DNA of 64,000 nucleotides from an uncultured Hormoscilla sp. (GTDB lineage Bacteria; Cyanobacteriota; Cyanobacteriia; Cyanobacteriales; Desertifilaceae): NCBI GenBank assembly GCA_963921275.4, contig OZ001293.3, positions 2,592,001 to 2,656,000 of the forward strand, read 5' to 3'. Shown piece by piece: positions 55,768 to 64,000 of this stretch (position 1 is its first letter; each line of letters starts with the position of its first letter). The notes under the pieces were generated by a model. It saw only the letters and a program-made list of their open reading frames with translations, ran no database searches and was not told where the DNA came from. The position numbers and the translations under genes were made by a program.

Positions 55768-56159
55768 ATCCTCAATAGAAGATTAGCATCGGCTTGAATC
55801 GCCTCTGCGGACACCTCCAGTAATTCACTGCAACGATTACTCAGGAACGGCCAAGCCAAACGGCCATCGTCGCGCCGCAGAATTTGGCAGATCGCCATAG
55901 CCGATCCTCTAGCAAGGATTCGGTCCAGTCTGGCCTCACTTTCGACCTTCACCGCAGGCGTGGCGCAGCCATGCTTGTTTGGTGTCGAATTGCTTAAATC
56001 TCGCATTATTGGGTATATCTACTCATTTTACTCCCGTCGAGCGCGAAAAATCCCAGACCCGTCATCAATGTCTCTATCGAAACTTGACATACCGTAATAT
56101 AAAGTATTATCACCCATATCAAGTGATACTGCACCGGACTGCGATTGGATGGTGGTCCC

Positions 56160-56477
56160 TTAAAACTTGTCGAGCATCCATTCAGAAGCCCGCGCTCCCA
56201 ATTCTATGGGAATGCTGACCACTTTACCCAGTCGGGGGCGATCGCGGGTGTTTTCAATGTACGACTTGATCTGTTCGTCAGCGCCCCAGTCATGCAGGCA
56301 CAGAGCAATCTGATTGAGATGGGATCTATACTCTGCCTCCTCTAGCGGGAAAGACGCCTGTTCCAGATATTTCCACATCACCTGCACAAATATCTTGCCC
56401 TGAGTCCGCCGCAGCTTCAGGTCGTAAGAGCGTCCCCATTTGTTCAACAATAACTGATGTAAGTCTGCTCCTGTCAT
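56160..56477 (-). CDS. DUF3067-family protein
   Basis: Motif KWGRSYD..QVMWKYLEQASFPL; conserved neighbour of petC in cyanobacteria. Confidence 0.85.
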   Translation of the reverse strand: MTGADLHQLLLNKWGRSYDLKLRRTQGKIFVQVMWKYLEQASFPLEEAEYRSHLNQIALCLHDWGADEQIKSYIENTRDRPRLGKVVSIPIELGARASEWMLDKF

Positions 56478-57097
56478 ACCATTTTATATTTTAGATTGCA
56501 ATCTAGTCCGATATCTCTGCTCCTTGCTCTTATCCCAGGGGACATGGACGGCATACAGGAGACATCGGCGAGTGATTATCGGGATTGTCACCTGTAGCAT
56601 TTTTTTTATGTATGGTATCATAGCACTCCTCCTTGGGTCTTTTGTTTACATTTATTCATGAAAAATATCTGCGAGCAGTTAAAAAAATGTAATAATACTC
56701 TCAGAAAGATGAGAAACTGCCTCGATCGGCTTGCGGTGGCTGTGTCCCCCGAGAGCGCCTTAAGCACGTTCCCAGGCTTCTTCAATGTACTTCGGGCGCA
56801 CTATTCATACTGCCCGGAGTACATCGCCGTGGGAACGAGGGGGCTGTGTCCCTTGACAGGGCAGGGGGGACACAGGAGCGGAGTCGAACCGCAATCTTGT
56901 CAGCATATACTCGGTGTCTCCTATGAATGTGCTCCTAGGGGTCGGGAGACACCGAAGTCCCTGGTGCCTGCCTCCGATATCTCCTATTGTGCTCTTGTCC
57001 CAGGGGACATACGGCACACAGGAGACATCGTAGTAAGGTAGGTGGAGGTCACTTTTGTCTATAGACAGATAAATTAACAATATCTCAAGCAGAGGTC

Positions 57098-57640
57098 ATG
57101 ACACAAATTTCAGGCTCAGCGGATGTCCCGGATATGGGACGTCGTCAATTCATGAATCTTCTGACCTTTGGTGCGGTCACGGGCACGGCCCTAGGAGCAC
57201 TATATCCGGTTGTCAAGTATTTTATCCCACCCTCTAGTGGTGGTGCAGGCGGTGGGGTCACAGCGAAGGACTCTCTGGGGAATGACGTGATCGTCAGTGA
57301 GTTTTTGTCCAATCATAATTCAGGGGAACGGGCCCTAGCTCAGGGGCTGAAGGGGGATCCGACCTACCTGATAGTAAAGAAAGACGAAACCCTGGCAGAG
57401 TATGGCTTAAACGCTGTTTGTACTCACTTGGGCTGTGTGGTTCCCTGGAATGCCAGCGAGAACAAGTTCATTTGTCCCTGTCACGGTTCTCAGTATAATG
57501 ACGCTGGCAAAGTAGTGCGGGGACCAGCTCCCCTGTCTTTGGCATTAGTCCATGCTGATGTCACAGAGGATGATAAAGTCGTGTTTACCACCTGGACCGA
57601 AACTGACTTCCGCACCGGTGAAGACCCCTGGTGGACCTAA
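57098..57640 (+). CDS. petC: Cytochrome b6f Rieske iron-sulfur subunit
   Basis: Tat motif RRQF; Rieske motifs CTHLGC and CPCHGS. Confidence 0.98.
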   Translation: MTQISGSADVPDMGRRQFMNLLTFGAVTGTALGALYPVVKYFIPPSSGGAGGGVTAKDSLGNDVIVSEFLSNHNSGERALAQGLKGDPTYLIVKKDETLAEYGLNAVCTHLGCVVPWNASENKFICPCHGSQYNDAGKVVRGPAPLSLALVHADVTEDDKVVFTTWTETDFRTGEDPWWT

Positions 57641-58061
57641 TGCTGCACGAGAACCTATACTTTGAAAGGGATCGACTTGCGCAAAAATGTTGAAGTTGGT
57701 GTCATTGCTCGGGGGGCTCCCAAACCAGTAACTGTGGTATGCTTCAACTTTTGACCCCCCGGCCTTCGCAGCGGCGCGACGCAGGAGCGCTAGCAATCTC
57801 CTGCCCAGCGCGTGGAGATTGCTTCGGGGGGGAGTTACTTCTTTTGCACAAGGCTCTCTCAATTGGACCCCCCCTCGCTCCGGACATTTGCTTAGCGCTT
57901 TTGCTCTTCAAGATATGGCCCTAAGAGCAAAGGGACCCTTCGCAGTATAGGATGTTGATGGTTGATGGTTGATGGAGAACGTTCATGGCAATGAACAATG
58001 AACAATCAACAATGAACGATTAACAATGAACTAATTGTATTTCAGAGCATTGTTGGAACTG

Positions 58062-59069
58062 ATGAAAAAAGTTGATGTATTGGCGAGATCCCATAGCTGC
58101 AAGCGGGTACTGACTCAAACTATAGTGCTGGCGATCGCTATTCTTGTCTGTTTTGTAGGGCTAGATCTAGCCCACCTCCAAACGGCGGCGGCCTATCCCT
58201 TCTGGGCCCAGCAAACGGCCCCGGAAACTCCCCGGGAAGCGACTGGGCGAATTGTTTGTGCCAACTGTCACTTGGCTTCTAAAGTGACGGAAATTGAAGT
58301 ACCTCAGTCGGTGCTGCCCGACACGGTGTTTGAAGCTGTGGTGAAAGTCCCCTACGACCTGAGCGTGCAGCAAGTGTCGTCCGATGGCGAACTTGATTCC
58401 TTACAGGTGGGTGCGGTGTTAATGTTACCCGAAGGCTTCAAGATTGCACCAGAGGAACGCATTCCTGAAGAATTACTCGAAAAAATCGACGATTTAGACG
58501 ATTACGAAACCTACACCGAGGACGACGAAAACGTCATTATTGTCGGACCGCTACCGGGCGACGAATATCAGGAAATCATCTTCCCAGTTCTTTCCCCCGA
58601 TCCACGGACGGATAAAAATATCCACTTCGGGAAGTATGCCATACATGTAGGCGGGAACCGGGGTCGCGGTCAGGTTTATCCCACAGGGGAAAATAGCAAC
58701 AACAATGTCTACAAGGCTTCTACCGCTGGCACGATCGCTCAGATTACCAAACTGGTAGATTCCGATGATGATGAGGAGGGTTATGAAGTGACTATTCAGC
58801 CTGCTGACGGTGACGCCGTGGTAGAGGAGATTCCGTTAGGACCGCAGTTGATTGTCTCGGAAGGACAGGAAGTTGCCGCTGGGGAGCCTTTGACTAACAA
58901 CCCAAATGTGGGTGGTTTTGGTCAGGCTGATACGGAAATAGTCTTGCAAAGCGCTAGTCGGATTAAATGGTTAATGGCTTTCATTGCTGCTACCATACTG
59001 TCTCAAATATTGCTGATTCTGAAGAAGAAGCAAATTGAAAAAGTTCAAGCTGCTGAGATGAATTTCTAA
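58062..59069 (+). CDS. petA: Apocytochrome f
   Basis: Motifs [31 protein letters not shown] and [16 protein letters not shown]. Confidence 0.98.
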   Translation: MKKVDVLARSHSCKRVLTQTIVLAIAILVCFVGLDLAHLQTAAAYPFWAQQTAPETPREATGRIVCANCHLASKVTEIEVPQSVLPDTVFEAVVKVPYDLSVQQVSSDGELDSLQVGAVLMLPEGFKIAPEERIPEELLEKIDDLDDYETYTEDDENVIIVGPLPGDEYQEIIFPVLSPDPRTDKNIHFGKYAIHVGGNRGRGQVYPTGENSNNNVYKASTAGTIAQITKLVDSDDDEEGYEVTIQPADGDAVVEEIPLGPQLIVSEGQEVAAGEPLTNNPNVGGFGQADTEIVLQSASRIKWLMAFIAATILSQILLILKKKQIEKVQAAEMNF

Positions 59070-59629
59070 GTCGATCGTCTCATCTTTATTTCTGTCTGGG
59101 ATGGGCGAATTGCCTGTCCCTTAGTCAGCCATGTCCCCTGGGATAAGAGCTCTGGCAGAGACATCGAAAGGGAAGGTTGACAGGCTCCATGTATGCTACA
59201 AATGGAAGGAGATAGATGATATCCGATCGGGAGATCCCTAATCGAAAATATAAAATATAAAATCGATAAGGGATTGAACAATATGGCTCTTTAACCCTGG
59301 TGGATAGGAAGGGTAATTACAAACTCCGTTCCCTGTCCTGGTTGCGATGTGCTCTGCGCGCGCTATTCGCACTGATTAATGTGCTCTGTGCGCGCAGTGC
59401 ACAGAGCACATTAATCGCACATCGCGGAAACACACTGCAAACTCCCGTTTGGCAGATGGATATATTGTGCTAGCTACAACTGGAGTCAATGTCTTAGCTT
59501 CAGAATATCTTAATTTTTATCCGCTTTCAGGCATAGAGTAACTCTCGCGTCACTTGATGGGAGAATGCGATCGAGAAGATTTGGGGAAGATGGAAGTATA
59601 ACACAGTTCCCATCTCCCCGATTTTAGCT

Positions 59630-61222
59630 TTACTGCAAGGGGCGATAGACGCGATAGTTGATTTCGGGGAAGATATTGTCGATCGTCTCTACTTTCTCCA
59701 GCCAACCGCTATCGATTTTACCGTGATTAATATCATCGTAGAGTTTGTTGAACCGCATTAAGTGCGATCGGGTCCGCCGCACGGCATAAGGCACCATCGT
59801 ACCCGTGCGCATAATAAACGCCCAGTCAGAAGATTCAGCCAGCAAAAGTTCTCGTGCGGCCTGGTTAAGGGCCTTCCACTCCAACTCATCAGCAGGTTCT
59901 CGACTGGCCATGGAAATCATCCGTTCCGCTGCTTTGTGCAAATGGGGATAAACCCAGGCATTCGTCTCATTCAGCCAATACTCGTGGAAACCCTTATACC
60001 CCCAACTAGACTGAGAGGGACGACAGACTTGCTGAGTCAGATTACCTCGTAGATAATCTGCCAAATGGGTCATCTCATAAATGTCTTGGTCATACCAGGA
60101 CTTACGGAATAGGTAATCGATGAACCAAGGCCCCTCGTACCACCAATGGCCAAATAACTCCGCATCGTAGGGCGAGACGATCATGGGAGGACGCTGCATA
60201 ATCCCGTGCAGGTGCTCGGTTTGCTGCTGGCGATTGAACATAAAATTACCTGCATGTTCGGCTGCCTTTTCCCGCGCCCAATAAGGGTCATACAGGGCCT
60301 TGTCTGATAAACCCAGACCCCGACCCGTAATCTTGTGGTATTTGATGCCAGTATTTTTCCGCTGTCCGTTGGGCATAATGTAAGGCTTGATGTACTCGTA
60401 GTCAGCCTCCCAGCCCAAATCCTTGTAAAATTCTCGGTATTCTGCTGCACTAGGATAGCCTACCTCCGAGGACCACACCTGTTGGGAAGACTCGTGATCG
60501 CGCCCGAAAGCCGCCACGCCGGTTTCTGTGAAAACCGGCGCATAGCTGCCATAGCGGGGGCGGGGACGGGCGTAAAGAATCCCGTGTCCGTCGGTGAGGA
60601 AGTAGCGCAAACCTGCATCCGCTAGCATCCGCTCTACCCCTTCATAATAGGCACATTCTGGCAACCAGATGCCCTTGGGCGATCGGCAGAAATTCTGCTC
60701 GTAATGTTCGCAGGCTACCTGAATTTGGGCCCACACGGCCTCGGGATACATCTTCATCAGCGGCAGATAGCCGTGGGTAGCGCCGCAGGTGACGATCTCC
60801 AGGTTGTTGCTATCCAGGAATTGCTTAAAAGCGGTTACCAAGTCGCAGTCATAACGTTCCCAGGTATCGCGAATCTCCTTCAACTCTTTGGCATAATACT
60901 CGGCTAGATAGCGCAGGTGACCGTTATGCTGGTTATGATCGATCTCTTTTTGGACTAATTCCTCTAACAAGGCCAGATGCGCGTCGTATCGTTCTTGCAA
61001 CAGCGGATCCCGCAGCATCGACACCAGAGGCGGTGTCATGCTCATGGTCATTTTGAAGTCCACACCATCCCTTTTTAAGCCTTCAAATACATGCAGCAGA
61101 GGGATGTAGGTTTCTGTGATCGCCTCATACAGCCATTCTTCTTCCAGCACGTAGTCGCTTTCGGGGTGCCGGACAAAGGGTAGGTGGGCATGGAGGACAA
61201 GGGCAACGTAGCCAATAGCCAT
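59630..61222 (-). CDS. GH57-family protein (DUF1957, branching-enzyme type)
   Basis: Motifs LHAHLP, ETYIPL, GIWLPEC, YDAELFGHWWYEG and SSDWAF. Confidence 0.92.
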   Translation of the reverse strand: MAIGYVALVLHAHLPFVRHPESDYVLEEEWLYEAITETYIPLLHVFEGLKRDGVDFKMTMSMTPPLVSMLRDPLLQERYDAHLALLEELVQKEIDHNQHNGHLRYLAEYYAKELKEIRDTWERYDCDLVTAFKQFLDSNNLEIVTCGATHGYLPLMKMYPEAVWAQIQVACEHYEQNFCRSPKGIWLPECAYYEGVERMLADAGLRYFLTDGHGILYARPRPRYGSYAPVFTETGVAAFGRDHESSQQVWSSEVGYPSAAEYREFYKDLGWEADYEYIKPYIMPNGQRKNTGIKYHKITGRGLGLSDKALYDPYWAREKAAEHAGNFMFNRQQQTEHLHGIMQRPPMIVSPYDAELFGHWWYEGPWFIDYLFRKSWYDQDIYEMTHLADYLRGNLTQQVCRPSQSSWGYKGFHEYWLNETNAWVYPHLHKAAERMISMASREPADELEWKALNQAARELLLAESSDWAFIMRTGTMVPYAVRRTRSHLMRFNKLYDDINHGKIDSGWLEKVETIDNIFPEINYRVYRPLQ

Positions 61223-61795
61223 AGTAACTCAGTCGTAATGGGTGAATTTGCAATTACAGCAGGATCGGTAAAGCTTTACGATATTTTAAAATTTTCTTGT
61301 CATATGCGGACAAGACAGCCATCTGTCTATCCCAAGAAAGCAGAGCGATCCCAACGGGATCACTCTACCTCAAAATCATGCTAATTGAAAATGGCGATTG
61401 CGCTGCATGCACGAAGCGCAAGTATTTATACTTATATTATTCCCTAACGCTTACTGCCAAAGGCTTCCGGATCTAGAACATCGGTCCAGTAGCACAAATT
61501 TTGGGTAAAGTGATTATGGCTCCTTGGGAGGTCCAGGGAGAGGGCCAGACGAGAAGATGTTGATTTTCCGTTGATTCACAGATGTTTGAATTTGTCAAGT
61601 ATTATTAATGGACCGATGTCCTAGGCACCTTCTCACGCCCAGCAGTCACCGTAGGTTGGATTTGGCAACGTTACCCAACCTACTGCGATCGCCCTTTTGC
61701 TGGGGCCATATTCACTCTTTTGCCCAGAAACCAGGTTTTTTGGAAAAACCTGGTTTCTTAATGCAAAGCGATCGGGCAGACTTCTCCAACCCACT

Positions 61796-63799
61796 CTAAT
61801 AATAGTAATACCAGTTTCCAGGTTTAATGCCATTAAGCCACCAGCGGAGCAAAGACCCAACAACTTCCACCTCAATCTCTTGTCCTTTGCGCCGTAAAAT
61901 CGCGTAGGGACTATAGGCTTCGCTGATATCCATACATTGGTGAGAGCCTTCCTTGCAAAAGGCGACAAAGGCAGGAATAGCTGCTCCCTGAGAATCCCAA
62001 TAAATTTCGCTCTTCTCCCGCCACTCCCAGAAAGCCTTCATAACTGTCTGGTGATTCAGTCCTAGCAAATTGATTGGGTCTTTAGCTGACCATTTAGCTT
62101 TGAATGCTGCCTCTAAATCTGGAGTTTCTAGCACTGAGAATACATAGTGCTCGTGGACCTCATCGCGAGCCTCATCGTTCCAGTACTGGGCTATGAGTAA
62201 TGTTGCTGAGTTAAGTTGAGGGTATTTTTCAAAACAAGCTTTAACCCAATTTGACATAGGAATCAATAATTCGCGCTCTTAGTTGTGCTGCTTCCTATTC
62301 ACTGTATAGGTGGATGGGGTCGAGCCGGGAATCGCTTCCCGACCCTCCCTTGAGGAACCGGACTTGCGATTTTCACCGCATCCGGCTACTGGGTACTAGG
62401 CCCTTTTCATAGGTAGACTTAATAGGAATTACTTCCGTTAGCCCTTGCCGCCTGTCTTTTCTTCCCTTTCCTGGTTTAGCGAGTGGTTGTTCTGATAACC
62501 GTTAGTATCACCATTTTCAAGTCAGTTTTACCAGTTATCCATACCTTATCCTCCACTTGCGTTTCGGATTAGTTCCGTGGCTTTTTAGGATTACTCATTC
62601 CAGCAGCTTCCTAGTATCACCGACCCACGTCAGCGCTGGCTACCCAGCATCATCTACATTACTGTAGATGTTATCCCAGGAATTACCCCGGGCATTCGCT
62701 TCTTGGGCCATCCCTCCCCCCGTGGCTTGCGCTTAACATCTAACTTGTCCTGATGGACAGCACACGAGAGGTTACTTCGTTCCCTAACAACATTTCGCGA
62801 TACCTTTAGGTCCACACTATACCCCGGGAGCTATTTGAGTACTATATTAGCCAGAGTCTAAAACTAATACTAGCTACCATTTCCTTTTTAGGCCAGCGCA
62901 TATAGCCTTATTTCGCTGGTTCCTTATAACGAGGCTTGCACATGTTTGCCTGCTCTAACCTTGGATATCTTTCCTAGCGGCGTCACCGGCTTAGGCTGCC
63001 AGTTATCCTACATTTGAGTCCTCGCTTAGCACCACGATGATGTCGCTTCGTAGCACCGAGGACCGGTGTCACCCCCGTACCTGGGGGGAGGGGAATTTAA
63101 CCCCCATGCGGTTCAGAGTTCCCGGCTAATGAAACCGGGCTAGCGTTCCGTGTTTGACCACGTTAGGCTAGAACGAATCGCACAGTCTCCAGAAGGATCT
63201 CCCTCTAGACAATCTTTAGCTATTTGTTTAATTTCATATTCCTTAAAGCTCCTCAGAGATTGTGGCGTGATTCCATCCTGATGAGGACGCCACATTTTAC
63301 CAATAATTTCAACTTCAATGTCATCACCCAGGCGACGGAGAATGGCATAGGGAACAAAGTCTTCCTTAACATTATTTTTTGAGGGAGACTCATTTTTGCA
63401 AAATGCAGCGAAAGCAGGAATTGCAATTCCTGCTTCATCCCAAATTAATTTGTAGTTGTGCGGTAATTTGACTTTTTGATTTTCCGATCGCAAACTGCGC
63501 ATTACTTTGTCAATTTCCTCGCGATCGTGACATGTAAATACTGGCAGATTAACTAAGTCTGTGCTTAAGTGATATTTTGAAGTTAGACCAGCGGACCAAT
63601 CGGGGTTTTCCAGTAATGAGAATATGTATTCGTCATAGACTGCGTCATGTTCCCACTCATTACAATACTCAACGAGCAACACAATAGACTGAAGCTGGCT
63701 GTACTTTTTAAAGCAAGCGGCTGCAAATGGCTTGACCCAATCTTCTATTAGCTTTGCCCGTAATTGGGCTGTTTCTTCTGCTGTGTACATGTATTTCAT
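61796..63799 (-). pseudogene. Hypothetical tandem two-repeat protein, intron-split, second repeat with stop and frameshift
   Basis: Both repeats contain CF.KY.QL, AIPAF.AFCK, PYAILRR and EVE..G. Spliced junction GD|YLYSE* aligns with KYMYTAEE of repeat 1. Confidence 0.65.
62312..63183 (-). mobile_element. ORF-less group II intron, main family, copy 7 (872 nt)
   Basis: One-nt insertion relative to the other copies. Sense, junction T|AC. Confidence 0.93.
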
Positions 63800-64000
63800 T
63801 GCGATCGCCCTCTCGAATAAGTCTCCACAACTGTAAAAATTATCCCACAACCAGGTCCAGTTGTTGCTTTCTTTGGCGATCGCATAGCCTGTGCATGTAA
63901 TATTCCAGGATAACTGGCGTTCCATCTGCGGCTCGTTCCCGTACCCAGTCTAACCCAAAGCTGCGATCGGTCAGGGGTTGGTGAATATCCGCCTGTCCGT

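Larger units (their letters stand above)
53043..56006 (-). pseudogene. PAS sensor histidine kinase remnants split by two introns, central part missing
   Basis: PAS start ..LLLR|IIHPEDIW (23-nt mini-exon at 54896-54874). HATPase end ISYSIVVEKHCGKLSCNSVPGQGTEFAISIP* at 53153-53043. Confidence 0.72.

Noticed and set aside
28276..62300. Stop-codon recoding to explain in-frame TGA/TAG in several genes
   Set aside because: TGA, TAG and TAA all occur internally alongside frameshifts, and all three terminate intact genes normally.

Overview
Cyanobacterial chromosome segment, probably from a filamentous species (frequent HIP1 GCGATCGC sites, heptamer tandem repeats, petC/petA). It shows heavy gene erosion: many frameshifts, in-frame stops and internal deletions. 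Two features dominate. (1) An 871-nt ORF-less group II intron occurs in seven near-identical copies. There is also one diverged 793-nt ORF-less sister intron and one dead RT-encoding intron. Six of the seven copies lie sense inside genes, and removing exactly GTGCG...CCCCATCC restores the frame across each junction, which implies a non-canonical CC 3' end. The intron's EBS1/EBS2 motifs match a degenerate consensus of the seven target sites. (2) A ~20-kb expanded mycosporine-like amino acid (MAA) cluster (about 1059-21224) carries a divergent mysA, a deletion-fused and frameshifted mysB/mysC, and two diverged mysD paralogs that each hold the intron at the same codon. It also encodes candidate tailoring enzymes and duplicated transporters. 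The rest of the window: two identical defective IS5-family copies, cobH/cobL, RTX-like and alkaline-phosphatase pseudogenes, a TA pair with a dead toxin, a NotI-family RM system, dprA, an RsbU/RsbW-like module, queG, tldD/pmbA, TetR, petC/petA and a GH57 gene. All calls come from reading the sequence by eye; no searches or folding computations were run.
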